DNA of 64,000 nucleotides from Bacilli bacterium (GTDB lineage Bacteria; Bacillota_I; Bacilli_A; RFN20; CAG-826): assembly GCA_024687185.1 (NCBI GenBank), contig JAILEX010000062.1, forward strand, positions 220 to 64,219. Direction: 5' to 3'. Below the pieces are notes generated by a model. The model worked only from the letters and a program-made list of their open reading frames with translations. It was not told where the DNA came from and ran no database searches. Shown here one piece after another: positions 1-10,668 of the stretch (positions are counted from its first letter, which is position 1; each line of letters starts with the position of its first letter). Made by a program: the position numbers and the translations under genes.

Positions 1-400
1 TCTGTTGACTAGGCCCATGTCGACCTTGCCGGCAAAATTCGCTTTGAAATGCTTCATGACGGAAGGAATCGAGCGATCTTCGAGTTTTAGAATCTCCGCC
101 TTGATTTCTTCTTCACCCATAAGTTTGGGAAGGAAGGCGGAAACCGCTTCCTTCTGGGCGAGGATGGAACGATAGTTGTCGTCCCTTCCGGCATTCCTAT
201 AGCCTTCTCCTTCTTCATCGAGCTCCTTGACAAACTTCATGATGATCGAAAGAACGTCTTCGTCGGTAGGGGTTCCTTCTTTGCCGCTAGAAAGAAGGAT
301 CTGGTAACGGGAAAGGACCATCGAAAACGCGTTCTTCTTGTCTTCGTTGTGTTCTTTCATGGCAGCCATTTTGGCTTTTCTTATTTCGTCGATGAGCATG
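1..400 (-). CDS. GatB/YqeY-domain protein. The C-terminal end runs past the window start.
   Basis: The minus-strand translation from an ATG at 400 gives MLIDEIRKAKMAAMKEHNEDKKNAFSMVLSRYQILLSSGKEG... An AAGGAGATTGTC RBS precedes it. The frame is still open at nt 1. The ORF-track 381..572 ORF is antisense noise. Confidence 0.55.
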
Positions 401-445
401 ACAATCTCCTTATAAGGTAATAATGCGCGCATATATGAAGCGGCA

Positions 446-2131
446 TCAAATGACTTCGCGTCTTGTGATAATGCGGTTGAATCTGCGCAAGGCATAGTAG
501 AAGGGAAGGATTTCCAAACGGCCCAGCATCATGCAGGTCGAGAGGATCCATAGCATCATGGTATAGCTCCACATGAGGCCGTCTCCCGCCATGGAATTCC
601 TAACCTCGAAGAAGTCGATGATGGAATTCCCGGTGCCAGACAAAGCGGAAGTGACCGTATATATTGCCTCGGTGGAGGAGAAGGTCCCGTTTAACGCGCT
701 GCCCGTGGGCAAGAAGATGAAGAAGGTCGCGAAGAACAAGACGACGAGGATATAAAGGAAGGCATATAGGGCGTCATCCTTGAAGCGCTCGTTGTCGATT
801 TCCACGTCTTTGCCAGCGCGGACGATGATGTGGGGATAACGCATTCTGGATGGGGAGAATTTATGGACCACACTCCACCACAAAGACTTGAAGATGACGA
901 TGATACGCAATTGTTTGATGGCACCGGCCGTAGAGCCAACGCCGCCGCCGATAAACATCAAGATAATGGAAATCATGACCACGCCCTGGCCCAAAACGAC
1001 TATGCTTGGCGCGTTGCTGAAGCCCGTCGTGGTGATGCATGAGATCATCTGGAAGGAGGAATAGCGAAGGGCGTCGGTCCAGGGAAGTCCTTGGTTTACG
1101 CCGTCGTTATATTGATATTGGAGCAAGAAGAAACCCAAAAGCGTCGTTATGGCGATGGCAAAGGCCATGAAGCGTAGTTCGCAATCCCTTATGAAGTTCT
1201 TCCATTTCATCGTCAAGGCGTTATATAGGAGCAAGAAGCTTATGGCGCCGAGAATCATGATGACCTCCATCGTGATTTCGATGCCGACCTGGTTTACCGA
1301 ACCCAGAATCGGGGTGGCGTTCGTATAATTGTAAAAGCCGGATATCCTAGTGGAGAAACCGCCTGTGGCCATGCCGGATATACTGTGGCAAAGCGCTTCG
1401 AATAAATCCATCCCGAATAACCACATGGACAAGGTGCCCAAAACGATGATGAGGGCGTATATGCCGAATGTCGCCTTTGCCGTTTTGGCTAGGTTTGGCA
1501 ATAGCCTGTCGTTATGGCCTTCGGTGTTGAATAGTTGCATGCCGAAGCGGTCGCTTACCGCGCTAGCAACGACCAGCACGAGGCCGACGCCGCCAAAGAA
1601 TTGCATGACGGCACGGTAGAAAAGGAACACATGGGGGCAATAGGAAATGGAAGCGTCGTAGAAAGAGGAATAGGCGGGGGTCCCATCGGCCAAGAAACCA
1701 TGCATCAAGGTAAATCCCGTTGCGGTAAAACCCGAAGCGGATTCGAAGAAGGATTCGGAAAACGACATCGATATCGCGTTGTTATTGGCCCCGAAGAAAT
1801 CGACTTTGTCGGCTAGGAAGAAAGGCAACGCCCCGATGATGATCGTCACCAGCCAAATCAAAACAAGCAAAACGCTGTCTTGGAATTTGCCCAGTTTGCC
1901 TTTTTGCTGGCCCTTCATCAGGAGGATGGCCATCACCGAACCAAAAACCAAAGCGGAGGCGCCGGGAATCACGAATGCGGGAAAGCAGACCCATTCATGG
2001 GGGAAGAAGGCCATGATGATCAGAGGCAATAGTTCCATACCGCCCGCAAAGGCGATGAAAACGCCGACATAGCCCAGAATCAAACGGATTCCGGCCGTAT
2101 TCTGATTTTTGCTAGAGGAAAATTTGCGCAT
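446..2131 (-). CDS. trkH: Trk/Ktr-type K+ uptake membrane subunit (TrkH/KtrB family)
   Basis: 561 aa, polytopic, with repeated selectivity-filter-like TGF / GFT segments. It sits in an operon with TrkA-domain genes. Confidence 0.8.
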   Translation of the reverse strand: MRKFSSSKNQNTAGIRLILGYVGVFIAFAGGMELLPLIIMAFFPHEWVCFPAFVIPGASALVFGSVMAILLMKGQQKGKLGKFQDSVLLVLIWLVTIIIGALPFFLADKVDFFGANNNAISMSFSESFFESASGFTATGFTLMHGFLADGTPAYSSFYDASISYCPHVFLFYRAVMQFFGGVGLVLVVASAVSDRFGMQLFNTEGHNDRLLPNLAKTAKATFGIYALIIVLGTLSMWLFGMDLFEALCHSISGMATGGFSTRISGFYNYTNATPILGSVNQVGIEITMEVIMILGAISFLLLYNALTMKWKNFIRDCELRFMAFAIAITTLLGFFLLQYQYNDGVNQGLPWTDALRYSSFQMISCITTTGFSNAPSIVVLGQGVVMISIILMFIGGGVGSTAGAIKQLRIIVIFKSLWWSVVHKFSPSRMRYPHIIVRAGKDVEIDNERFKDDALYAFLYILVVLFFATFFIFLPTGSALNGTFSSTEAIYTVTSALSGTGNSIIDFFEVRNSMAGDGLMWSYTMMLWILSTCMMLGRLEILPFYYALRRFNRIITRREVI

Positions 2132-2143
2132 TCGTCTACTTGG

Positions 2144-2908
2144 TTATTTCTTTTTGGCTTTGGTTGTTTTCGTTTCCTTGGCGGGAACGGCCTTTTTGGG
2201 CTTTGAGGTGCCACGGACGCTCTTTTTCACCGTGGTAACCTTTTTATCGGCGGGTTTTTGCACGAAGGAGCGTACCTTCTCCTCGTCGCCTGGGGCGCAG
2301 ATGATGAGAAGGGTGTCCTTGGCTTCGATCATGGTATCGCCGTTAGGGATCAAAACGGTTGGGGAGCGGAAGACCGCGGCAACCGAGCAATACTTGGGGA
2401 AGCGGATTTCCCTTAGGGTCTTGTTGCAAACGTTGTAATTGGATAGGACCAAGGCCTCCAAGACCTTGATTTGGTCGTTTTCAAGGGAGATGGTCCTGAC
2501 GATGTTTTCGACGTTGGCCGCCTCCTCGATGATCTTGCCCAAGGTATAGGGCGAGGAAATGACGGTTTCGATGCCGAGTTTCTTATATAGGTCGACGTTA
2601 AGCGGATCGCTTACCAGGCAGATGCACTTCTTGGCGTTGAAGCAGGTCTTCGCCATGATGCAGCTAGCGTAGTTGTCGGTATCGATTGGGCAAAGGCTTA
2701 CGAAGACGTCCGCGTCAAAGGCATTGGCCTCTTCGAGGCAATACTTCCTCCATGGCTCGCCATGGTAGACGGCGATCTTCTTTCTTTTCCCAATGCGGTC
2801 GACGACGGGGGCGTTGGGGTTGATGACGATGACTTCGTTGTTGCCTTTGGAGAACATCCCAACAATGAATTCGGCTTCGTTGGAACCACCTGCAATGACT
2901 ACTTTCAT
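2144..2908 (-). CDS. trkA: TrkA/KtrA RCK regulatory subunit (TrkA-N plus TrkA-C), with a Lys-rich C-terminal tail
   Basis: N-terminal Rossmann fold (VVIAGGSNEAEFIVGM), a C-terminal RCK_C-like segment, and a KKSVRGTSKPKKAVPAKETKTTKAKKK tail. Its stop overlaps the start of the upstream TrkA-N gene. Confidence 0.7.
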   Translation of the reverse strand: MKVVIAGGSNEAEFIVGMFSKGNNEVIVINPNAPVVDRIGKRKKIAVYHGEPWRKYCLEEANAFDADVFVSLCPIDTDNYASCIMAKTCFNAKKCICLVSDPLNVDLYKKLGIETVISSPYTLGKIIEEAANVENIVRTISLENDQIKVLEALVLSNYNVCNKTLREIRFPKYCSVAAVFRSPTVLIPNGDTMIEAKDTLLIICAPGDEEKVRSFVQKPADKKVTTVKKSVRGTSKPKKAVPAKETKTTKAKKK

Positions 2909-3333
2909 TATTCTTCCCCTCCTTCGGCAACGCCGGCACGCAAAAGGTTAAGGCGGTCTTTGGATAGCTGGAACGGATAGATGGCCTTAATGGATGCGCC
3001 TTGGCAAAGAAGGCCCTTATCGGGGTCGTCGAACCTGACGTATACGTAAGGTACGTCGTATATCCTGCTGCAAAGATGGGCGAGGAAAAGGTTTAGGTTG
3101 TCGTCGCCGCTGGTGATGATGACTTCCTTGGCGTTTTCGATTCCGGCTTCCTCAAGCCCCTCGACGTCACTGGCGTCAAAATGAAGGAGGTTGCCCGAGA
3201 AGACCTCGGTTAGGTTGTCGGAACAATTGGGATTTGGGTCGATGACGATAACGCTGTCGCCCTGGGCCGAGGAATAGTTTGCGATGGCTCCGCCGAGCCT
3301 GCCGCATCCGATGACGAACGTTAGATTGCGCAT
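2908..3333 (-). CDS. TrkA-N (NAD-binding RCK) domain protein. This is the second, shorter gating subunit.
   Basis: FVIGCGRLGGAIANY Rossmann motif. 141 aa. Translationally coupled to the downstream trkA. Confidence 0.7.
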   Translation of the reverse strand: MRNLTFVIGCGRLGGAIANYSSAQGDSVIVIDPNPNCSDNLTEVFSGNLLHFDASDVEGLEEAGIENAKEVIITSGDDNLNLFLAHLCSRIYDVPYVYVRFDDPDKGLLCQGASIKAIYPFQLSKDRLNLLRAGVAEGGEE

Positions 3334-3373
3334 ATCGGTCTCCTTTCCTTTTCTATTAGCCTTTTAGGCTAGT

Positions 3374-3402
3374 CGATGGAGATTATAAGACCGATTGCCC
3401 GT
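3374..3402 (-). promoter_or_regulatory. Candidate sigma70 promoter for the trk operon
   Basis: Minus strand reads TTGTGC, then 17 nt, then TATAAT, about 45 nt upstream of the ATG at 3333. A GGAAAGGAG RBS follows. Confidence 0.35.
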
Positions 3403-3416
3403 TTGCACAACCGACA

Positions 3417-3446
3417 CCAAAATAAAAAGTGCCCCAAATGGGGCAA
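3417..3446 (-). terminator. Rho-independent terminator after the 3477..4067 gene
   Basis: Minus strand reads GCCCCATTTGGGGCA followed by CTTTTTATTTT. Confidence 0.5.
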
Positions 3447-3476
3447 AACCGATGTATGGGTCCGCTAAAATTCGTT

Positions 3477-4067
3477 TTAGAACTTCATTTCTCCAGCGCC
3501 CGGAAGCAGTATTTGCTCGTATCTAGGCAAGACGGAGAGGATCTCTTGGTACTTCTTTTTCGTGTCTTTTTTCCTTAGGCCCTTGAAGCCGAGTTCGGCA
3601 TAGCGGGAAAGGCACCAGGAGATATATTCCCTCGTGGCTTTGGTCATGTAGATGCCGTTGCTTCTTTCCATGAAGAATTTGTAGGTCGTGTCGGGTTTGA
3701 AGTCCTTTTTGTTGTAGGTATAGGAGGCACTAAGCATGTCGCAAACGCATTCGGTCGCATATTTCCAAGGCATGGTTTCCATCACGATGTTGCCTTTGAA
3801 CCAATCGCACCAGTATTCCCAATGGTGGGCGTTTCTTTTGGAATGGTGTTGGCAAATCGTGGAAAAGAATTCGTTGGCCTTCCTTTGGTTTACGATGGGC
3901 GACATATTCCCCGCATAATACTTAGCCGAGGGAATGAATTCCTTAGGAGAGAATTTGGAGAGGTCATGCCTAAGCGAATGCCAAAAGATACCGCAGTGGG
4001 AGGCGTTGTAAATTACCCTGTGGCGATGTTTCAATATGGTTCTTAAATGCTTGAAATAATGATACAT
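3477..4067 (-). CDS. Hypothetical His/Cys/Trp-rich protein with a possible HD-like motif (HSLRHDLSKF)
   Basis: 196 aa with no strong family match by eye. It has H-x-RHRV and RHD motifs. It has its own terminator and a GGAG-like RBS context. Confidence 0.4.
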   Translation of the reverse strand: MYHYFKHLRTILKHRHRVIYNASHCGIFWHSLRHDLSKFSPKEFIPSAKYYAGNMSPIVNQRKANEFFSTICQHHSKRNAHHWEYWCDWFKGNIVMETMPWKYATECVCDMLSASYTYNKKDFKPDTTYKFFMERSNGIYMTKATREYISWCLSRYAELGFKGLRKKDTKKKYQEILSVLPRYEQILLPGAGEMKF

Positions 4068-4074
4068 GGGTCGC

Positions 4075-4827
4075 CTATTTTCCTAAAATCGCCTCTAACG
4101 CCTCGCCGATATCGGCATGGATTACGTAATCGCAATATTCGTCGAATGGGGTGGCGGAAAGATTGATGATAGCCATGGCCTTACCGCGAAAATATTGTGG
4201 GAATCCGGCAACGGGATATACCTGCATGGAGGTGCCCCCAATTAGCAAAACGTCGGCAGATTGCATGGCGTGAAGGGAACCCATGATGGTCGTCTCGTCC
4301 AACCCTTCCTCATATAGGACAACATCGGGCTTAAGCAGGCCTCCGCATTCGCAATGAGGCACGCCTTGGCCGCTTAATTCCTCGACCCTTTTGCCTTTGC
4401 CGCACCTTAGACAATGGTAGCTGGCAGTGCTGCCATGGGCCTCATAAACGATTTTGCTTCCCGCCTTTTGATGGAGGCCGTCTATGTTTTGCGTGATGAT
4501 CGACAGGGTTTTGTCGGGATGTTCCTTTTCAAAAGTCGCCAAGGCAAAATGGGCCTTATTGGGTTTGGCGGCCTTATTGACCATCGTGTCCCAATAGAAT
4601 TCATAGAATTCCTTGGTATGGGAAAAGAAATAGGAAGAGGATAGCATGGTCTCGTAGGAGACGCCGTATTTGTTCTTGATGTTGTATAAGCCCGTGGGGG
4701 AACGGAAATCGGGGATTCCGCTTGCGGTGCTTACGCCAGCCCCGCCCAAGAAGACGATCCTCTTACTCCCCTCAATGGCCTTACGGAGTTCTATGACGGA
4801 TTTCTCTTTTCTCAAATCTTCCTTCAT
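4075..4827 (-). CDS. cobB: NAD-dependent protein deacylase (sirtuin, CobB/SIR2 family)
   Basis: GAGVSTASGIPDFRSPTGLY, plus a Zn ribbon (CLRCG...CECGG) and a C-terminal GxxxH segment. Confidence 0.85.
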   Translation of the reverse strand: MKEDLRKEKSVIELRKAIEGSKRIVFLGGAGVSTASGIPDFRSPTGLYNIKNKYGVSYETMLSSSYFFSHTKEFYEFYWDTMVNKAAKPNKAHFALATFEKEHPDKTLSIITQNIDGLHQKAGSKIVYEAHGSTASYHCLRCGKGKRVEELSGQGVPHCECGGLLKPDVVLYEEGLDETTIMGSLHAMQSADVLLIGGTSMQVYPVAGFPQYFRGKAMAIINLSATPFDEYCDYVIHADIGEALEAILGK

Positions 4828-4830
4828 CCT

Positions 4831-5550
4831 TTATCCCTCCATCGCTTTTTTGACCTTTTCGATCGGTAGGAACTGGAACGTCATCATATCGACATAGGGG
4901 GCGCAGCGATTCAGCTCCTCCTCGTTTTCGATGGTCCATACATTGACGGGGCGGCCCTTTTTACGGAGTTTTTTGATATAACGGTCATCGACGAGGGTGG
5001 TCTCGACGTCCACATAGTCGAAATACCTCGAGAATATTTTATAGCGTTCGTATTCCTTGCATAGCAAGAAACCGCGGGTGAAGCCTAGTCCCCTACATTT
5101 GAGCAAAGCCCTAGGGTCAAAGCTGATGATGGTCGCCCTGGTTTTGTCCCCTATCCTTTTTAGTAGCGGCTTAATGGCGTTAGTCAAACTCGTGAAGTTT
5201 CCCCTATCGACCTTTAGTTCGATAACCATCGGCACCTTATTGGGATTAAGGGAAAGGACCTCTTCAAAAGTCGGCACTTCCTGGCCGTCCTTCAATCGGT
5301 ATTCCTTCTTGATTTGTTCCAGGGTAAGTTCGGGGATATAACCCTTCTTCCCGGTAACGCGCTCGAGTTCGGCATCATGGCAGACGATGATTTTTTCGTC
5401 TTTGCTTAAATGGACGTCGAATTCAAAGGGGATATTGTTCTCAATGGCAAGGGAGAAAGCCTTAAGGCTATTCTCGCTTACCTCCTTATTATGGAGCCCG
5501 CGATGGGCGATGACGCGGAAGGTATCCACGTTGATCTTCGCTTTTCCCAT
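4831..5550 (-). CDS. Glycerophosphodiester phosphodiesterase (GDPD family)
   Basis: VIAHRGLH...ENSLKAF...FEFDVHLSKDEKIIVCHD, the canonical GDPD catalytic motifs. Confidence 0.8.
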   Translation of the reverse strand: MGKAKINVDTFRVIAHRGLHNKEVSENSLKAFSLAIENNIPFEFDVHLSKDEKIIVCHDAELERVTGKKGYIPELTLEQIKKEYRLKDGQEVPTFEEVLSLNPNKVPMVIELKVDRGNFTSLTNAIKPLLKRIGDKTRATIISFDPRALLKCRGLGFTRGFLLCKEYERYKIFSRYFDYVDVETTLVDDRYIKKLRKKGRPVNVWTIENEEELNRCAPYVDMMTFQFLPIEKVKKAMEG

Positions 5551-5690
5551 TTCGCTTTCCTCCTTCTTCGTCGCCTCGTAGTTAGATAGGGATAGTGTAC
5601 CACCTTTCCTAGATGTGGAAGGGGTAAAGAAAATAAGGATAGGGGGGATTAACGTATTGGTTTTGATGCGAAAACGTCTGCAAAACCCCT

Positions 5691-6506
5691 TTAAAGAGCG
5701 CCATCGTCGCCATTATCCCCTTCGGGATGGAGTTCATGGTAAAGGGGATAATAGAGGATCCTTGCCATTTCGTTGCCGGAATCGAGGGAGCGTTTATACC
5801 AATAAAGGGCTTGCCATTTATCGACTTCGGTCACTTCTCCCCTTTCATAATATCCGCCCAATAACGCCATGGAATCGGGATTGCCAAGTTCCGCGGCCCT
5901 GCTATATAAACCAAAGGCCTTCTTGGGATCTTTCTTCACGCCGACCCCCGTGGCATAGCACGCGGCGAGGTTACCGATGGAATGGGGGTGATCATATTCG
6001 GCGGCCTCTTCGAAGTAGGAGACGGCTTTCTCGTTCTCATCCTTCCCCAAATAATACCTGCCTAGGTAATACATCGCGTCGGGATCCTTCCTTTCATATG
6101 CGCTAAGAAGATACGAAAACGCCTTCTCTTCGTCAGGTTCGGTTCCAACGCCTTCGAAGTAGAGCGCTCCCAGATAAATATCAACCTCGCTTGCCCCGCA
6201 CGCGGAGGCATCGAGGAAATACTCCAACGCCAACTCCCTTAAATCGTTATCGTGAAATAGGCGTTTGCCCATCTCAACGAGGAAATAGAGGTCCTCTTCC
6301 CTGACTTTGACGGGCTTGGAACAGGTTGGGCAAACAAGAGGCAATTCCAAGACGGTGGTGTGGAGAACGGTTTTGCAAAAAGGACAGGTATATTTAATTT
6401 TCATCAAAGTTATTTTAGGTCTATCGACGGCACAAAAGAAGGTAGGATAAAGTTGGATTTCAATTTTTCTGGCCAGAAGGAACCTTTCCCAATGGGAAAT
6501 ATCCAT
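5691..6506 (-). CDS. Sel1-repeat (TPR-like) protein with an N-terminal C4 zinc ribbon
   Basis: At least 5 Sel1 repeats (AxxYxxGxGVxKDxxKAxxWYxKAA pattern) and CPFC...CPTC. The start may be the internal MKIKYTCPFC at 6404. Confidence 0.7.
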   Translation of the reverse strand: MDISHWERFLLARKIEIQLYPTFFCAVDRPKITLMKIKYTCPFCKTVLHTTVLELPLVCPTCSKPVKVREEDLYFLVEMGKRLFHDNDLRELALEYFLDASACGASEVDIYLGALYFEGVGTEPDEEKAFSYLLSAYERKDPDAMYYLGRYYLGKDENEKAVSYFEEAAEYDHPHSIGNLAACYATGVGVKKDPKKAFGLYSRAAELGNPDSMALLGGYYERGEVTEVDKWQALYWYKRSLDSGNEMARILYYPLYHELHPEGDNGDDGAL

Positions 6507-6530
6507 AGTCCTGCTATACTTTCGTTACCG

Positions 6531-9485
6531 ATGATCGAGCTTAGGAACATCAAGAAGGATTACTATGTCGACAAGAAGGCCTTTCCCGCCTTAAGGGGGA
6601 TTAGCCTATTTTTCCCCGAATCCGGGTTCGTTTCGATCCTAGGGCCTTCTGGATGCGGCAAAACCACCTTGCTCAATATCCTAGGGGGATTAGACAGGCA
6701 GACTTCCGGCGAATTCCTCTTTAGAGGGGTCTCCACCAAAGACTATAGGGATAGGGATTACGATAACTTCAGGAACAAGGAAGTCGGATTCATCTTCCAA
6801 ACCTATAACCTCATCGCCCATGATAGCGTCCTAGGCAACGTCGAACTCCCCCTCACCCTAGCGGGCATAGAGAAGAAGGAAAGGGAGGAAAAGGCGAAGG
6901 AAGCCCTAAGAAAAGTGGGTTTGGACGGGATAGAAAGGAAACGTCCCACCCAGCTTTCCGGCGGGCAGATGCAACGCGTCGCCATCGCCAGGGCCATCGT
7001 CAACAATCCATCCCTTATTTTGGCGGACGAACCTACCGGCGCCCTTGATTCAAATACAAGCGTCCAAGTCATGGAGATCCTAAAGGAGATATCCAAGGAC
7101 CGCCTCGTCATCATGGTCACCCATAACAAAGAGCTCGCCGAGACCTATAGCACACGCATCATCCAAATGAAGGATGGCTTAGTGGAAATAGACAATAACG
7201 AAGGCCTTACGGAAACGCCCTCGCCCTTGAAAAAGGAAGAAGGGGAAAAGGGAAGGAAATCCCAAATGTCCTTTCTTACGGCTTTCCTTTCTTCCTTTAA
7301 AAGCATTGGGAAGAAAAAAGCCAGGACGGCGCTTACCGCGATCGCAAGTAGCATCGGCATCATCGGGGTCGCCCTTGTCATGGCGATCACCAACGGCTTC
7401 TCTTCCTATGTCCAGGAAGTCGAAGGCGATATAGCGAGCAGCGTCCCCCTCTCCATCCGCCCAACCCAGATTTCCTACGCCTCCGATGCCACCGACAAGG
7501 ATAAGGTGGCCTTCCCCGAAGAAAGCAGCCTAATCGTCTACACCTCCTCTTCCTCTTCCTATGTCTCCCATAGGAATCGCTATGGCGAGGATTATTTGCG
7601 CTACGTCGAAAACGCCGTTGCCAAGGGTTTGGCAAGCAGCGTCATGTACCGTCAGGAATATTATGATTTCCATCTTCTCACCCGCGATGGCATCACCGCG
7701 CCGGAAACGGGTGATTGGGGGGTTAAGGAAGTAAATGTCTACGATGGGGCGAGCAATACCAGCGAATCCCTGATCTCCAATGTCTCCGACCTCCCCCGCA
7801 CGGTATTCCACGAGATCTATGGCGACGAGAAGACCATCAAAAGGAACTATGACGTCATCTATGGCAAATACCCGAGCGCCTATAACGAGGTCGTTTTGGT
7901 TACCGATAAATACAACCGCGTGCCCCTAAACACGCTAAAAAGCCTGGGGATAGTGAATTCCAGTGCGAAAGCCAGCGATTTCCTTGCCGAGAATTCCGCC
8001 AAAATCGCCTTCTCCGATATCGTCTATGACGGGGAGGGGGATAGTTCCTACGTCGATTACAAAGCCTACCGCCATAGCGATTTCTACCATCTCGACAATC
8101 CGACGATCACCAAGATCGCCAAACCGAGTTGGACCATCACGGGGGCCGAATTGAATCCCCTAACTGGCATTTCCTTCACCGCGGAGGAATCCACGAAGGA
8201 ACTTACCTTCTACGAAAGGGAAAAGGCCTCCTCCATTTATGCCAACGACGCCTCCTATCATCCCATCCCCATCAAAATCGTTGGCGTGCTCCGCCCAAGC
8301 GGGGAAAGCATTTTAAAGGAAATGCCTAGCTCTTTGGCCTATTTGCCCGAATTGAAATCGACTTTGACCGCGGATACCCATATCGATCCAAGCGGGGATA
8401 AAAGCAAAAACGGCAAAGGGGCCGAGATCATCGAGGCGGCCTTAAACAACTTCTTCCTCCCTAGGGACGATAACGATGACCGCGATGGGCTAAAAAGGCT
8501 TGAGGCCGCGGTCAGCAAGATTTATACCGCGATCCTAGGCGGGGCCGACATCGGTTCTTTGCAATCCACCCTCAGGGACGAATTGGGCGCGATATACGAC
8601 TATACCTTCTATTGGAAGCATTCGGGCAATAGCTACTCCTATTACACCGTCTTTGCCGGCTTCTCCTACCTTCTTAGCCAACTAGGCGGCGACTTTATGG
8701 AAAACGAGATCACCTATCTCCCCGAAGTGCCTAAATCCACCGAAGGGGATGACTATAAGCATTATCTTGCCTATTGGATGGATTTGCTTACCAAACCGGA
8801 ATTCTACAATAGCAACAAAGCCACCCATAAGGTGATAATCGACAAAGAGGGGAATAAGCAAGACGTCAGTTGGGGCGCGATCGACTTTTTGGCCTATGCC
8901 TCTAGCTATGCCAGAATCTCGGACATCCTCGTCTTCCCCGCCTCCTTATCGAATAAGACGGCTTTAAGGGAATACCTAGACGCCTATAACATAGGAAAAA
9001 GCGATTTGGATGCGATTTACTATAGGGATCAGATGTTCGACATCACCTCCACGATTGGGACCTTAGTCGCCGCGATATCGCTGGGATTGAGTTTGTTGGC
9101 CGGAGTATCGCTAGTGGTCTCTTCCATCATGACCGGCATCATCACCTATGTCTCCGTCATAGAAAGAACGAAGGAAATCGGCATCCTCAGGGCATGTGGG
9201 GCAAGGAAAAAGGACGTTGGGCGATTGTTCGTCGCCGAGTGTTTCCTTATAGGCTTAGTGGCAGGGGTTTTAGGGATAGGCATAGCCTTTGGCATCTCCT
9301 TCCCGCTTAACGCCTTCTTGTGTAGCCTTTATACCGAATATACCTTACACGACCTAGTGGTCCTTTCCGGATGGACCGTCTTGATCCTGTTAGGCATCGC
9401 GATTGTACTGGCCCTAATCGCGAGTTTCATCCCCGCGAGAATGGCGTCAAGAAAAGATCCAGTCGTCGCCTTAAGAAGCGAATAA
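6531..9485 (+). CDS. Fused ABC transporter with an ATPase plus a MacB/FtsX-type permease and a large extracytoplasmic domain
   Basis: [12 protein letters not shown]..., Walker [24 protein letters not shown], then TM, an ~550-aa periplasmic-like domain, and a C-terminal FtsX 4-TM. The ORF-track start at 6360 (GTG) would overlap the divergent Sel1 gene, so the ATG at 6531 is preferred. Confidence 0.8.
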   Translation: MIELRNIKKDYYVDKKAFPALRGISLFFPESGFVSILGPSGCGKTTLLNILGGLDRQTSGEFLFRGVSTKDYRDRDYDNFRNKEVGFIFQTYNLIAHDSVLGNVELPLTLAGIEKKEREEKAKEALRKVGLDGIERKRPTQLSGGQMQRVAIARAIVNNPSLILADEPTGALDSNTSVQVMEILKEISKDRLVIMVTHNKELAETYSTRIIQMKDGLVEIDNNEGLTETPSPLKKEEGEKGRKSQMSFLTAFLSSFKSIGKKKARTALTAIASSIGIIGVALVMAITNGFSSYVQEVEGDIASSVPLSIRPTQISYASDATDKDKVAFPEESSLIVYTSSSSSYVSHRNRYGEDYLRYVENAVAKGLASSVMYRQEYYDFHLLTRDGITAPETGDWGVKEVNVYDGASNTSESLISNVSDLPRTVFHEIYGDEKTIKRNYDVIYGKYPSAYNEVVLVTDKYNRVPLNTLKSLGIVNSSAKASDFLAENSAKIAFSDIVYDGEGDSSYVDYKAYRHSDFYHLDNPTITKIAKPSWTITGAELNPLTGISFTAEESTKELTFYEREKASSIYANDASYHPIPIKIVGVLRPSGESILKEMPSSLAYLPELKSTLTADTHIDPSGDKSKNGKGAEIIEAALNNFFLPRDDNDDRDGLKRLEAAVSKIYTAILGGADIGSLQSTLRDELGAIYDYTFYWKHSGNSYSYYTVFAGFSYLLSQLGGDFMENEITYLPEVPKSTEGDDYKHYLAYWMDLLTKPEFYNSNKATHKVIIDKEGNKQDVSWGAIDFLAYASSYARISDILVFPASLSNKTALREYLDAYNIGKSDLDAIYYRDQMFDITSTIGTLVAAISLGLSLLAGVSLVVSSIMTGIITYVSVIERTKEIGILRACGARKKDVGRLFVAECFLIGLVAGVLGIGIAFGISFPLNAFLCSLYTEYTLHDLVVLSGWTVLILLGIAIVLALIASFIPARMASRKDPVVALRSE

Positions 9486-9518
9486 GCCTGCAAAACACCT
9501 ATTTCTTTATAAAATAAG

Positions 9519-10517
9519 CTAATTTTGCTTTTCTTTTATTCTTCGTTTCGCTAACTCGTAATAATTAGAATCGATTTCAAAGCCAAGGCATTTTCTTTTT
9601 AGTTCGATACACGCAATAGCCGTGGTGCCAGAACCAAGGAAGGGGTCTAAAACGATTCCTTGTTTTGGGCAAGAGGAAAGAATCGGATAGGTAAGAAGCT
9701 CTTTGGGAAAGGGGGAATCATGTTCTTTTTCTTTGCTTACGCCGATGTTCCAAATATCGCTAACTCTTTCCCTAGAACTAGCTTCGATAAAGGCAAAGCC
9801 CATCTCCATTAATTCCTTTGCTCTTTGGGAATGAAGGATGGAATTACCGCCTCTAAGTAACATCCTGAAATCAGATATCTCCCCGTTTTTAACTTTCGCT
9901 AATTCTTCTTCTAAGGATAATAAGGCGCTTTCCTTTTCTTCCTTATTTAAATTAGAGAGTTCGATCTTCCGTTTATAATCTTCTCCCGTTACACCGGTCT
10001 TAGATACTACCCTGCCATTATCTAAGGTTGTTTCCACTTCCCTAGTGCCAATAGTTTTATTCGCGTAATATCCTTTGCCCAAAACGAAATGGAAAAAGTG
10101 TTCATAGGAAGATGAAGTCCTATTCTTTATAGAAGGAGAAAGGAAGCTTCTTTTCTCCCAGATCACATCATTGCGGAGAATGAAGCCCAGTTCTTCTTCT
10201 AACATTATGGCGACTCTACTTGGAATTAGAAGCAATGAGGAATCGCGGTAAGAATCGCCGATATTAAGCCATAAAGAACCGGTTGGCTTTAATATCCTTT
10301 TGAATTCCTTTCCTAAGCGTTTTAGAAGCCTAAGATAATCAGAGATTGTACCTGCTTTTGCAAAAGGGCCTTCCTTTATCTGGCGTTGCCCAAAATAAGG
10401 AGGGCTAGTCAAAATCAAATCAATTGATTGATTAGGAATACCCTTTAATAAAAGAAAGGAATCGCCCTTAATAATGGTTGGTTCAGTTAAATCTCTCTCG
10501 CTTAAATTAATCCGCAT
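9519..10517 (-). CDS. Beta-class DNA methyltransferase (N4-cytosine or N6-adenine; SPPY motif IV before FxGxG motif I)
   Basis: LILTSPPYFGQR near the N-terminus and VLDPFLGSGTTAIA near the C-terminus. GC is markedly lower than the flanks. There is no adjacent REase ORF. Confidence 0.8.
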   Translation of the reverse strand: MRINLSERDLTEPTIIKGDSFLLLKGIPNQSIDLILTSPPYFGQRQIKEGPFAKAGTISDYLRLLKRLGKEFKRILKPTGSLWLNIGDSYRDSSLLLIPSRVAIMLEEELGFILRNDVIWEKRSFLSPSIKNRTSSSYEHFFHFVLGKGYYANKTIGTREVETTLDNGRVVSKTGVTGEDYKRKIELSNLNKEEKESALLSLEEELAKVKNGEISDFRMLLRGGNSILHSQRAKELMEMGFAFIEASSRERVSDIWNIGVSKEKEHDSPFPKELLTYPILSSCPKQGIVLDPFLGSGTTAIACIELKRKCLGFEIDSNYYELAKRRIKEKQN

Positions 10518-10643
10518 TTTTTACCTTTGAGATTATAACAATATATCTTTAGATATATGATAGGGATCGCCATGGGATAAAAATAAAAAGTATCGATAAA
10601 ATCTATGAAATGAAAGGTAAAAATTTTTCGAGAAAAAAGTAAG

Positions 10644-10668
10644 AAAAAATCCCGACTGAATCGGGACT
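10644..10668 (-). terminator. Rho-independent terminator of the tRNA-Asn / tRNA-Glu operon
   Basis: Minus strand reads TCCCGATTCAGTCGGGA followed by TTTTTT. Confidence 0.5.

Noticed and set aside
3334-3476. Possible ydaO/kimA (c-di-AMP) riboswitch upstream of the trk operon, given cdaA in the window
   Set aside because: The untranslated region between the upstream terminator and the trkA-N start is only about 100 nt, and the promoter-to-ATG distance is about 45 nt. That is too short for the roughly 130-nt ydaO fold, and no ACGGGGA / CCCGU signature was seen.
4075-4827. Sirtuin as a defence (Thoeris / DSR-like SIR2) component
   Set aside because: It is a full canonical CobB with a Zn ribbon and GAGxS / NAD-binding motifs. 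It sits in a housekeeping context and has no partner effector genes.
5615-6106. 163-aa plus-strand Arg/Pro-rich ORF
   Set aside because: It lies entirely antisense within the well-supported Sel1-repeat gene. It has no RBS and a biased composition typical of an antisense frame.
6360-6530. ORF-track start (GTG at 6360) for the fused ABC gene
   Set aside because: It would overlap the divergent Sel1 gene by about 150 nt and add a non-conserved 57-aa extension. The ATG at 6531 gives the canonical [16 protein letters not shown]-terminus.
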